Shown in pieces: positions 26,251 through 39,400 of a DNA stretch of 63,907 nt. The position numbers and the translations under genes are program-made. The notes beneath the pieces are model-generated. The model was given only the letters and a program-made list of their open reading frames with translations. It was not told the DNA's origin and made no database searches. Numbering within the stretch: the stretch's first letter is position 1; the number at the start of each line of letters is the position of its first letter. This stretch comes from Octopus bimaculoides (Eukaryota): contig NC_068993.1 of assembly GCF_001194135.2 (NCBI RefSeq), positions 49,681,597 through 49,745,503 of the forward strand, written 5' to 3'.

Positions 26251-28994
26251 ATATAATATATGTATGTATGTGTGTGTGTGTGTGTTTGTGTGTGTGTGTA
26301 TATANNNNNNNNNNNNNNNNNNNNNNNNNNNNNNNNNNNNNNNNNNNNNNNNNNNNNNNNNNNNNNNNNNNNNNNNNNNNNNNNNNNNNNNNNNNNNNNN
26401 NNNNNNNNNNNNNNNNNNNTTGTAGATTTTAAATATTTGAGAGACAACAATGCATAAATCGTAATTTTTTTAAAAGAGCAATGAATTCTGGGTGATTAGA
26501 ATATAACGTAGCATGAATTTAGGAAGCTTAGAATGAATCTGTATATATGGGTGTATATGTGCAGGTATAATTAAAACAAAAATGAGCTAAGAGAAATAAC
26601 TCAGACTGGCCAATGGCTTATCTTTGAACAGCATAGACAAATACAGATATATCAAATACCATATGACATAAATTCTTGATTAAAAAGTAGGTTCATCCAA
26701 GAACTACCAAATAAATTGAGACATAGTAATAAAACTATGTTTTCACCTTCCAATCAAATAATGACACTCATCCAATGGAAATTTTGGCAATCCCATTTTG
26801 CTTTGTTTCTAAGAGGTTCACTTTTTATTTGTGGTATATTATTTAAAGAATTGATCAGTTAAGCCCTGAATGAATGTATCCTATCATTTACCTCTGAATA
26901 GTTTGATTTTGTTTATTTGTGCAGTACCTGTTATTATTATTGCAGCTACATAGGTGAGCCTTGCACTCGTATTGCATATATCCTTTGCAGGTTGATGGTC
27001 ACCAATCATACGAATGCATTAATGTTAGAGCAGGTTTTGAGTCTTAGGTATTTCATCATGATTTAGAGAGATTGCATTACAGATAGGTTCATTAATACAT
27101 TTAGCTGTGTATGTATGCATAGGCAGCACACTTGTATGCATTCACATGTGTGTGTGTGTGTCTGTGTGTGTGTGTTCATCCATGCATGCCTCGGTAATGT
27201 TCATAACATATTGATAGATCACCCTCAGATAGTGAGATAGCCTGTATTAAGCCGGTCTTTAAGGTTCTCTTGTGAGATATATTTAAAGATATTCTGGGCC
27301 CATTAATCACAAGTTTTATATCTGGAAGCTTTTCAATAAATAATCTCAGTTAGATAGATACCTTCCTAAAATGCCACTTGTCTCATCTTCTTGGGAAATT
27401 TCTCCAATTTCTGTGACATGTTGCTCCCACCACTTCAGTGTTGGCATACTCATTAAAGTACTTCCCTGAATAATAACCATTATATCCACAGTGTATTACC
27501 ATATTTGCTTGTCACTTTGTCACAGCCACTCTGCTCTAGATGCAACCATATTAATTAACCTGTTAGCTATTATGTGTATTATCCATTTTGCAGCTCATTT
27601 TTATATATTTTTCAAACTTAACCCTTACAACCATCAGCCTCTGTGCAAGAACAGAGATGAAGTGCTTCTTTGTTAACCCTAACAGTTGTTGCCTCAGTAA
27701 ATGTTTTGACTATTATCTTGCTAGATAATCCTCACCACCACTGTGTACTAAATACGGTGTGGTCTTAAGATTATATTCCAAACAAATTTGATTCCTCTTC
27801 AGTGATGAAGAACTTAAAGTGTTCAGGAATAAAACCCCTGTTGATGATAAGAGATGAAATTTATTAAAATACAGCTTAGATGTAAACACTAAAAAAAGCA
27901 TTCATCTCACAAGATGAGATTAATTAGTCTGAACAATTATTATCATATTAACAACTCTTCTGAGATAGTGTTATATGATAAACAGTGTTATATGATAGAT
28001 ATCGCAGCGATAATGCAATAAGTGCAGTATCACCCCCCCCCCCCACTCTCTCGTACACACGCATACACACACTGAAGTTACGGAGTAGAAGTGCAAATGA
28101 AGGAACCTTTATGTGGTCTCTCAATCTGCTTGAAATAGCAGCTGAATCTCCACAAAATCACACCAACCATCTTTAAAATACGAAGAATACATAAGATTAT
28201 GTAAATCTAGAAACTCCTGAATAGATGGAACAGTCATGGTCGGAACACACGTGATTATAAGTTTACTAAACCAGGCTGACACAGAACAGAGCAACAGTAC
28301 CTAAGCAGCAAAATTCAATCAGAAATACCAATTATTTATTATATTCTGAGATTTTAAGTTTTGTTTTGTTTCTTTTTCCATGCAACCACCCTCATTTCTC
28401 TTAATTTCTATGTTCCTTTAATTTTTCCACCTTTTCACTCTTTCTTTTCTATTTATTTTACCTCACATCCAATATCTTCCTTCTCTGGCAACCTAGACAG
28501 CTAACTTTTTTTTTCCTCTTCCTTACATTTTCATCCATCAACTAGTTTTCCCTCTATCCATTTCTCATTGATGTTCTTCTATTTCCTCCTCCTCCTTCTT
28601 CCACCTCCTCCAAAATATTTCCCTGACAATCAACTTCTAATTTCATCATCAACTAATTTCATCAACTTCCCCTTCAGCTCCTCAACCCACCATATTTTTC
28701 GCAATATTTTTTTTCTTCATAGCTGTCTTCTTTGGTCTCTGTATAGGATGGGGTGACAAAGCAACAAATTATCTGCTATTTTACTGCTTTAGATAACAGC
28801 TGGGGTACTGAGGGGCAGGGGAAAGGGATGTGGTGTGGTGTGGTGTGGTGAAATGTTTACCTCCTGCTGGCAATTTATAGTTAATAAAGTGTTTGACTTG
28901 AAAGAAATAAAAGAACACTCTTACATCACCTTTGTCACTCACCCTCCTGCTCTCAATATCCTGGCTATCAGCACTGATAACTTAGCAATGGTGG

Positions 28995-29011
28995 TGATGA
29001 TGATGATGATG

Positions 29012-29063
<52 letters not shown>

Positions 29064-29187
29064 TAGCAATAATGATGATGGTTCTTGTAAACACCACCAA
29101 TAACTAACTAAATTGGGTGGGGAGGTATATACTCTGTTTAGGTTGATACACACACACACACACACGCACGCATGCATGCACGTACAG

Positions 29188-29227
<40 letters not shown>
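28995..29227. repeat. (GAT)n(AAT)n and (CA)n microsatellites
   Basis: Direct reading. Confidence 0.95.
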
Positions 29228-29230
<3 letters not shown>

Positions 29231-32200
29231 TGGCCCATCACAGCAGAAACCTATATAGTCAATATTTACAAAGTAAATGTTGACTGCAGCTAGACATTTG
29301 CCCACCCACATGCACCTCTCTCTGTCTCGCTGTCTCTTTCTGTCTGTCTGTCTGTCTCTCTCTGTCTCTCTCTCTCTCTCACAAAGGGAGGCTGGAGCTC
29401 ACACACCACCTGCTTCCCCCCTACTGCTCATCCCCCCTGCTAATTACAGGTTCAACAGTCTGGAAAAGGTGGGAAGAGGATAGATTTATGTTAACAACTT
29501 CAGAGGGAAGATAAGCAAACTGTTGATTGGTGGTGGAGGTTTATCAGAATAGTTATGAGGTGTTGTAAGGGCTAGAATAGGGAAGGGGCCACAAGAACAG
29601 TCTCTCCCCTACCACTCACTACTCTTAAAGTTACCATTTGGTAAAGAAAATAATTTTGGCAATAAGCCAAACATTGTTTATTATTAAATGTACTTTTCCC
29701 TTTTTTATACATATATTTACTTTTCTTCTCATTTTTTTTTTGCTTTTTTTTTTCACTCCTGCCTCCACTAAGTTGTTTATGATTTCACCTATTTCAATAA
29801 CTTTTCATGCTTAAATTAATGTTTTTTTCCCCCTTTTATTATTTTTATTTATTATGGCTAGTGTATTAGAAACAAATATTCTCAAATAACTATTTTTTAC
29901 AGCTAGTTGGTGGCAACTTTTTGTTTAATCCGGATCTTTCTGAATTGATGGGCACCACTTTTCATTTATGTTTTATGTAGTGTTTTTGGTACCGAAACAC
30001 TTTCAAACTTCGTATACTTGTATATTTTGTGTGGTATAGAACAGATAAAAAATTTTGTATTCCAAGTTATTTCATGTAAAAAATTGTCGTATTCAGAAAC
30101 ATCCTTTAATCCAAGCTCACTCCTGATTAACCACAGATATGATCAGAGTCCAGCTATCCAAATTTTTTCTTTTATTTTTTTGATTTTTTAGTCATACTAT
30201 ATCCAGAACTGCATTATCTAATGTCATTTCTGTTTTTTTCTTAAGACAGTACGGTAGAATTTGAGGAAGGTTTGGCTGTTATCTTCAGTACTGGATAAAT
30301 TTTTTTCATGATATTTAATTATACTGGGTGTTATTCATTTGAACTGTTCCCTAAAATCTGTCACATCGTTCCAATATCAGAATTCATCATCATCACAAAC
30401 AACCATCACTACCACCACCACCAACACCTTAACACCACCAGCACCAGTACCACCATCAAAATGATAGTTTGGTTAGTAACATTTACTATTCTTTCACCAC
30501 CTGGTGGATGGAAATTTTTGCAATGTTGAATTTTTATTACCATCAAATATGCAGTGTAGAGCAGATCAGTTTAATCAATTATGCCCTTCCTCTCATACAA
30601 ATGTTAACTTTTCCACTAAATGGTGCTATCATTCTTAATATGTGAGTTGTCTTGACCCTGTTTTTTCTCTTTTACTGTTAGGACAGTACATATCAATATA
30701 TTTGTCTACTTATTCAACCAAAACTTTAAGCGGGATATACATTTCCTAGGATGTTCTATGTTTATACATGAAAACAATTTCATCTGAAAATTTCAAATGA
30801 GATTATAGAGCGAGTTCACTGAGAACTTAGTGTTACAGTTTATATCATATTTACATCATATAACATATCTTAGTGGGTTTAATGGTATGTTAAATCTCAG
30901 ATTTACTATTGAGAATATATAATTGTAATACTCATGATTTCACTAAAGCTATTAGCAATGTAAATGGTGTGGTTTCCACAAGTGTGGTAGTAGAGAACTT
31001 GGTGCTCTAAAGCAATATTTTGTTTTAACTAAGATTATTATACTGGCATTTGTGTATCTTTTGGCAAATTTAACTTCTAAACTTGAAATTTAAGAAACCA
31101 CTTTCATGGTTATTTACCTGAAAGTCAATATTTGGCAGTAGGTATCTATTTTGAATAAGTTGCTTCCTGGATAATTACTGAACAGAGCTTTTCAGTTCAA
31201 ATGAAGCAAATATTTCCATTCGCTAACCTCTTTTTACACTAACCTAAAAATTTGCAGTAAGTTTCTTTCCAAGTTATATCAAACAAAACTTTTAGAGATG
31301 TAGAAGGAGGGGTCCTTTTCTTCCAGATACAAGGCCTTCAAGATTTAAGGGCCAGGAGAAATATTTTTACTTGTAAGATGCTTTTTAAACCTTTATCTGA
31401 TTCAGGATATTATGAAGAGGAAAATAAGTATAAAATATAAATTCCTTGCTATATTAACTGAAACAGCAAGGAAATATAAATTCCTTGACGTTTTTGTGAA
31501 ATTCAAACCATTATAATAAGGTTGAAATTTGCCGCCAGTTCCTTGAGATACTGCTATGACATCTTGATAAATGCAAACGTGAAACAACTTTTTCAGTTTC
31601 TAAAATACTTTAAAATATAAGCTAAAATTTTTATGTAATTATCTTTCATGAAGAATAGTTTGAAATTGTCAAATAAAGTATGAAGAAATTTAAAGAAAGA
31701 TAAAATATGAATGCAACCATTTTCTGGAAAAATAGATTCTTTTTGTTGTTGCTTTTGTGGTTGTGGTTCTTGATTTTTAATTTTATTTATATGTTTTTCC
31801 TCATACAAAAAAAAAATCTTTAAATCTATTATCAAATAAAGTTATTGAATGTGAATAGAAAAACTTAGGAATGTTCTGTTAAATATAAGGTAGATATCTA
31901 TACATGGTTGGTTCATTTTTGTTGTTTTTGTGTTTAGTGATTTGCCAATAAGGAATTATATAATAAGAAAACCTGCCTTCTTAGAAAATGGGAGGTTTTC
32001 CTACATAGACTAATAAAGAATTATTCTAGCCCCAAACTAAAAGAAAAATCCTTGACTGATGATTCACGATATTGGAAATGAAGTAAATAACAAAGGGAAC
32101 TGAGTGTGATGGTGGTGTTGGTGGTATGGGAAGAACAGAAAGTATACGCCAAAATGGATAGAAAGAGGAAAGGAAGTGGAGAGAAAATAAAAATTTGTCA

Positions 32201-33062
32201 GTGTGTATTATATCTAACACAGATTCCAATCTGAATTTATACGAAGTATCTCTACGTGCATCACCACCACCGACTAACCCACCATTATCTATCCTTTTCT
32301 CATACAAACACCCGCACATGCACACTCACATACACAGGTGCACACGCATGCACATAATATTCTAAAATCTTTAAAACTGAGTGGTTAAAAAAGAAATATA
32401 TCCCATGCAAACAAGCAGTTATATAAATGCATGTAAACACCTACATGTGTATATGCATAAGTGCATTCATGCATTTGTGTGTGTTCATAGAAACATATGT
32501 AAATATAATGGTGTTTATGTTGGATATGGATGTATGTCTGTACATGCATGTGTATTTATATATATGTGTATGTCAATACATGTATGTGTATTTATTTATA
32601 TATATGTATATACATATGTGTGTAAATATGTATATAAATGTACAACATACACAAATACAGGTATATCAAATAATAAAAATGTAACACATATTCTTGATTT
32701 ATTAACATCATCTCCACCTCTGGAGAGTGTTTCACAATTAGCAAACGGTAATTGATACCACCCCTATCTGAGAAGGAGATATTATCTCAAGAATTAAAAG
32801 GTCTCTGAAGTCTGTCATTAAGGAAAATGACAGGCTTATTGCCTGGAGATAAGAGGACAATTGTGGACACATCTTTCTACCTCATGATGCATCATCAGCA
32901 TGACAATTTCTCTATGTGTGTGCATATGCATATGGCTATATATGTATATAGCCCACAGATGAGATCCAGAGATTCTCAGTATAGAAGACACTTAGCAGAT
33001 TCAAACTTAGATTCTGATGTCTTCATAGAGGATCGATAGGTAAAGAATGGCAATTATCTGTA

Positions 33063-33103
<41 letters not shown>

Positions 33104-33117
33104 ATATATATATATAT

Positions 33118-33297
33118 TTATAATGGGGGCCGGTTTATGGGGTTACCCTGGCTTTCTCGCACATAAGAGGTTTATCTTTACAGTGTATCTTCAGATCCCA
33201 AAAACTGCTGGCTAGGCCAGCAGTGCTTGAGGTCTGAAGGCTAAAGCTCTTTTGAGCGAGAAACCCAGGTAACCCCATAAACTGGCCCCCATTATAA
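33118..33297. mobile_element. 180-bp fully palindromic MITE-like element
   Basis: TTATAATGGGGGCCGGTTTATGGGGTTACCC...TTTCTCGC vs GCGAGAAACCCAGGTAACCCCATAAACTGGCCCCCATTATAA (~50-bp inverted repeat), with inner stems TTCAGATC/GGTCTGAA and ACTGCTGGC-TAG-GCCAGCAGT. Confidence 0.8.
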
Positions 33298-33332
33298 TAT
33301 TAACTGCTGTACATCTTAGAGTATGCTTCTCC

Positions 33333-33613
33333 GGCGGTCTTTCGATACTAGTACGCAACAACATCCGGTCGTTGTGCGCACGCATACTGATTATATTATC
33401 GTATAGTGTGTTTATGTGTTTAAAGTTTGAGAACTGTATGAATCTGAGGGGAGAAGGTTTGAGTTTAGTGGGCCATTCATTTCTTTTTTCTATTTAATGT
33501 TGTCTTTTCATATTTTCAAGTCATTTAAAAACAAACACACTATACAATAATGTAATCAGTATGCGTGCGCATAACAACCGGATGTTGTTGCGTACTAGTA
33601 TCGAAAGATCGCC
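33333..33613. mobile_element. 281-bp MITE/foldback with ~90-bp terminal inverted repeats
   Basis: Left arm 33333-33424 and right arm 33524-33613 are reverse complements; the outer ~80 bp differ only by five transitions. Confidence 0.85.
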
Positions 33614-35009
33614 CTCACTCTCCTTCGTTTCTTTGTTTCTTTTCTTGGGTCGTTCTTAAANNNNNNNNNNNNNNNNNNNNNNNNNNNNNNNNNNNNNNNN
33701 NNNNNNNNNNNNNNNNNNNNNNNNNNNNNNNNNNNNNNNNNNNNNNNNNNNNNNNNNNNNNNNNNNNNNNNNNNNNNNNNNNNNNNNNNNNNNNNNNNNN
33801 NNNNNNNNNNNNNNNNNNNNNNNNNNNNNNNNNNNNNNNNNNNNNNNNNNTTTCTCCTTCCTTTCTTTTTGTATTTGTTGTTGGATTGTTCGTAAAGGTT
33901 CATAAGAGAAAGTAGGAGTTGAAAGGACTTGTATTAGAAAGAGGAAATTAGATTTTATTAGGGAGAAAATGTTTACTTCTGTAGTTTTATGTATTTTATT
34001 CGTTATTAGGAAATTTTGGGAGTGAAAAAATGACGCAGTGACCTAACAAATTGTATTTAGAATATTAATTGCGATTGTTTAATCCAAGAAATTTGGAATT
34101 GTGTAAAATGTATGAATTTCAAACATCCACACACACACAGAAAATCTGCCTTTTATAGTATAGATATACATATATGTTTATATCTATGTATGTATGTCTG
34201 TTTGCATATGTGAGTACATATATACATATATGCACTTACATATGTATATAACTGTCTATAGCTATGTGTTTATATATGTGCTCATATACACACACATACA
34301 CACAAATAGATATACACTTACTCATACATGTGTGTGTGTGTATGTGTGTTTACATTACATATATTTTTACATACATTTTTATCTGTATATTTGTGTATGT
34401 AACTGCCATCATTTATTCAATATCTTCACTGTTTTGTTTATCATTATAGTTGCTATGTCCTTCTCTTCTATATAGACTTACTGCCGCAAGTGAATACCAT
34501 TTTCTAGAAAATTCAATGATGACAAAAACAAATAGATTCTGTACTCTTTGAAATTTCTGGTTAATCCCAGTAAATAACGACTCCCATTTTCTCTTCCCTT
34601 TTCTCTGTCTCCATTTTTAGTTTCAGTATCTTTAGTTTATTTTACATCTTCTGGTTTTTAATTGTGGGTTAGCCAATAATTTCCATCTAATGGTCTATTT
34701 GATAATTCCTACCTACCATTCTTGCATCTTTCACTCGTGATCTCTTTTTCTTGAAGCAATTATTTGCACATTGTCATTACCATAATTTCATTTCAACTAA
34801 CTGCATTGCTGGAATCCAATAAAGGGAACTAACTATGAATTAAGTAAGTAATCTCTTATATGATAGCCTAATAGCTATATTTTTATTTATGTATGTTACT
34901 GTTGTTTTCTTTATTCTGTTCATCGCACTTGTTTTAGATAATACGATATATGTGTATATATATGTATATATTTTCAGAGTTTATATCACACACATACACA
35001 TTTGTATAA

Positions 35010-35082
<73 letters not shown>

Positions 35083-36038
35083 CTCACCCATATGCATATA
35101 CACATACTTGTATTCTACAAAATAAAGTAGTATCTGTAACCTTTATGAGAACTTAAAAGTGATTAGTGTTCTCGATTTTGTAGACCTGAGGCCCTTAATC
35201 ACTGACTCAACAACACTGTTTGGAACTTCAACTCCCACCTCCTCATTGGCAGACAAAAATAGAACAAGAACAACAAATGTTAATTTGAGTGTAAAATAAG
35301 TTTGAAAATACTTTCTTTGTTCTAGTTAGTAACAGCCAATGAGTTTTCTAACACCAATGAATATTCCAATTTAGAAATATCAAACTATGTTTTATTTTGT
35401 TACTTTATCCTTTTTAAAATCATTTATCACCGCTTCTAAAAGAACAATGACTATTGTTGTTAGAGTGTTATGAAAGTCTCCTGGCCATGGGTTGGTTTAT
35501 ATCTTTAGAATAATAATAGAATAATAGAGTAGCTGTCATTATTATAAATATTTATCACACTTCAGCAGAGCTGAGATTAGAATAAATTTTTCAAGCTGAC
35601 TAGGATTTGATCCAAATTTATTAGGAAAAATGAATATGCATTTGCTATCATAAAAAGATTGATTGTTCAGTGATTGTTCACTAACCATCATAAACAATGA
35701 TTGTTGAATGAATTTTACTTGGAAATGTATTTGCACCAAGGAAATGAATGACTTACACCAAACTATTGAAAAAACATGCTTAAACAGTTACTAGACTTCC
35801 ATGAAATAAATCAAATAACAATTATTAAGACTCTAGTAAATATGAAAATCAGCTTCCTCCAACTCACTAATATTCATTCAAAGTTTTCTACTGTAGTTCA
35901 AAGAAGTTTTGTGTGCTTTTCAAGAAGACTAAATTCTCTTACAATTGCATTGGCAGATATTTTATGAAGCCTGTGTTCTCGTTCTCTATCCACAGAAGCA
36001 GTGCATGTCTGGTTTAAAATATGATTGTAGATGATGTT

Positions 36039-36078
<40 letters not shown>

Positions 36079-36224
36079 ACGCACACACACACACACACAC
36101 ACAGAGGTTAAATTTTAGATTTCCAGAAGAGGTACAAAAGTGATTTAGGGACAATGATTGTGAGATAGATTAGTCTTGTAATCCAGTCTATTTACTATCA
36201 AATAATTAGTCACAGACCTCATTC

Positions 36225-36586
36225 ATCATCATCATCATCGTTTAACATCCACTTTCCATGCTAGCATGGGTTGGACGATTTGACTGAGGACTGGTGAACC
36301 AGATGGCTACACCAGGCTCCAATCTGATTTGGCAGAGTTTCTACAGCTGGATGCCTTTCCTAATGCCAACCACTCAGAGAGTGTAGTGAGTGCTTTTACG
36401 TGCCATCAGCACAAAGGCCAGTCAGGAGGTACTGGCAACAGCCATGCTCGAAATGGTGTATTTTACGTGGCACCTGCACAAGGGCTAGTCCAGTGGTCCT
36501 GGCAATGAACTTGCTCGAATGTCTTTTCAAGTGCCAGAAAGGCGACGTTGGTAACGGTCACACTCAAATGGTGCTATTTACATGCC
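36225..36586 (-). mobile_element. RTE 3' UTR fragment with (GAT)n tail
   Basis: (ATC)n-GTTTAACATCCACTTTCCATGCTAGCATGGGTTGGAC... is the reverse complement of the tail at 49020-49085 and 50930-50980, and carries the TTTTACGTGCCA/TTTTACGTGGCA sub-repeats related to 26090-26250. Confidence 0.8.
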
Positions 36587-37124
36587 TTAAAATATGACAA
36601 GAACAACCATAGAAATCTTCATGGTAAATCAGCTTGATGGTGCACATTTCTCTCCCAATTATTACCTCCAGAATCTGAGCCCAGTATGACAAGATAATAA
36701 AATATCTAACGGTCATGGCATGGCTTTCTGTGATAAGGTGTTTCTTTTCTGCTTAGAGCCACATGGCTTGAGTCATTTGAAGTCTAAGAAATAAAATGCT
36801 GTTCTCTTGGGTATTTCCCCTGGTGTTCTGCAAATCTTTGTCTGTCTATCTGTCTGTCTGTCCCCTCCCACACACACACATTTTAAAATTGTATCTCAAA
36901 TTCTATTAGTAACAGTTTACTATTGTGTGCTACTATTTTCTGCTCAGTTGGAATTGATGCCCTGTTGAGCTGAGTTGAAGTCAGTCATTAAGAGAAAGTT
37001 TATATATACTTTTTCAAGATGGTAATATAGTCTGATTACAGCTCAACAAGTTTAAAAGAACGGTTGCTAACTAGACGGGACTCCTACAGCTTACAGACAT
37101 AATCTGTATCTAACTGTAGTACTT

Positions 37125-37164
<40 letters not shown>

Positions 37165-37449
37165 GGAGAGGGAGAGAGAGTGTGTTCATGATCTAGTAAG
37201 CATTAAACTGTCTTAGGCATGGAAATAGTACAGTGACAATATTCAAATTGCCAACCTATCAGCCCATGGTGGTCTTAATCCTTATTGATTAAATCAGTGT
37301 TTTAAAAAGACCTTACAAACAAAATATATATATCATACAATAATATAATGCAATATATATATATATATATATATATGTACTGCTTGTATTGTAATGGTGG
37401 ATTATCAAACTTTTGTGGTTTTTAATAACTGTTTCCAATCTAGGCACAA

Positions 37450-37590
37450 AACCAGCAATTTTTGAGGAGAAGGTGTTAGTTGATTATTACATTGATCCCA
37501 GTATTGCACTGGTACTATAGTTTATCCATCCTGGAGGGAAGAAGGACAAAGTCAACCTTGACTGCATTTGAGCCCAGATCTTAATTAAAA
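37450..37590 (-). mobile_element. Family B SINE, diverged
   Basis: ACTGGTACTATAGTTTATCCATCCTGGAGGGAAGAAGGACAAAGTCAACC is the reverse complement of the Meta-like domain. Confidence 0.6.
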
Positions 37591-38185
37591 AACAAGAAAA
37601 ATAAATAAATAAACACTATAAGACATGGTTTTTATTTTTATAGACTTAGATAATAATTATTTTTAGCCCCAGATTAACTCTAATAGAGAAGACCTATGAT
37701 CAAAGATCATCCTTTGTAAAGATGGTAGTGTTATGTGAGGATGATTTGGCTTCTTTTTCTAGGAAATTGAGCAACTGCATAGAGGCTTCCACTTTGATGT
37801 AAAATTGATGTTCATATTAGTATAAAGAATCATTTCAGAAACAAATGAATGAGGATTGGTATGAATCATGCTGAAATATGTTTAAAAATGTTATAAATAC
37901 GGCACTAAAATTTGAAGCATCACACTAGTAAGACCCTTGCAGGAACAGCACAACGTATTACATCTACCGTGTGTATGAAATAAAATGAATCATAGCAAAA
38001 TCCATTGATATATGTATTGTGCTTTTTTTTCTCTGTTGAGGTGGTCTGTGCTGTTTATGTATTGAACATTTCTTTTACATATATTTTTTTTGACTAGCCT
38101 TCTTGTCTTAGAGCAAAAGTTTGGAAGAAAAGAAACTGGCAACATAAAGAGTGTGCCTTGTAGTATCCTGCTGTTACTTTGATTA

Positions 38186-38225
<40 letters not shown>

Positions 38226-38669
38226 AGAGAGCGAGTGGTGTGTTTGATGCAAATGTATGTGTAAGCTTTTTCATTATTGTGGATATTTTTATTGCCACCT
38301 GAATTTCAGTGGTAGGAAAAAGGCCTTTTATCTTTATTAGATATTTATGCATTCAATAATTTTGTTGTGTATGAAGAGACTGGAAGATTGATAGGAAAAT
38401 TCATTGTATTTAAATAGTTTATCCAAGACAAATGTGTTTACTATGATATTTTTCCTGGCTAATATCTGAATGCAAAACCCATCCATTGAATGTAATTATA
38501 TGGCAATATTGCACCATTACTGAATAAAATTCCACCTATCACCTTTATTCTGGTTAGACAAGAGACACATGATATAGTTTGTAACATATGTTTTAGTTGG
38601 GGATATGACATAAGTTGTAATATATGATATAAGGAGCGAAGACAAAGAGTAAGATAGAGGGATAAAGTA

Positions 38670-38700
<31 letters not shown>

Positions 38701-38716
38701 GTATATATATGCAGTT

Positions 38717-38880
38717 ATGGCTGTGTGGTTAAGAAGTTTGCTTCTCAATCATATGATTTCGGCTTCAGTCCCAAGCCATGATACCTAGGGTAACTGTCTT
38801 CTACTATAGCCCTTGACCTACTAAAGCCTTGTGAGCAGATTTGGTAGACAGGAACTGAAAAGAGTCTGTCACATTATATG
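38717..38880 (+). mobile_element. Family A SINE, 5' half
   Basis: TGGCTGTGTGG...TTCAGTCCC...TGTCTTCTACTATAGCC...TTTGGTAGACAGGAACTGAAAAG. Confidence 0.8.
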
Positions 38881-39120
38881 TTTGTGCATGTGAAAGATAA
38901 TTAAATTGTGTTTCCCTTGTCTCCAAGTGTGTTTGCTTGTTGTTAAGTAACCTCACTGAAAGGAGCATTTGCTTGGAGTCCACTGCAAAAGAGTTATTTT
39001 CGCAATTTATCCAGTACCACCCTTTAACAAGCAAATGGTATTTTCCTAAACAATAGATCCACTTATTTCGGTTAGTGGCTTATTCATAAATATACCAACA
39101 CTAGTGCCGCTGAGGGTAAT

Positions 39121-39400
39121 ATTCTCTGGGAACACACAAAAGCCCTTTTCAGAGTCATTTACTTTGAATTGTTATCTCATATCTGATTAGCCTCTTATTA
39201 CATAACATGCTTCACGATTTTAGTATACATACCTTATTAGTATTTCCTCCTAAGTTCTGTATACTCTGGGAACGCATTAAAGCCCTTTTTGGGGCTACTT
39301 TATTTGAATTCTTACTATCAGGTAACTAATTTCTTGTTATTACATAACTGACTTCACAATTTGGGTATTTATAACTTATTGGGAATTCTTAAAAACAAGA
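39121..39400. repeat. Diverged two-copy tandem repeat, period 140 bp
   Basis: CTCTGGGAAC at 39124 and 39264, each followed by AAAGCCCTTT, TTTGAATT, TTATTACATAAC and CTTCAC.ATT. Confidence 0.75.

Noticed and set aside
781-38880. tRNA genes suggested by box A/box B motifs
   Set aside because: No cloverleaf; each is followed by SINE core sequence and is multi-copy.
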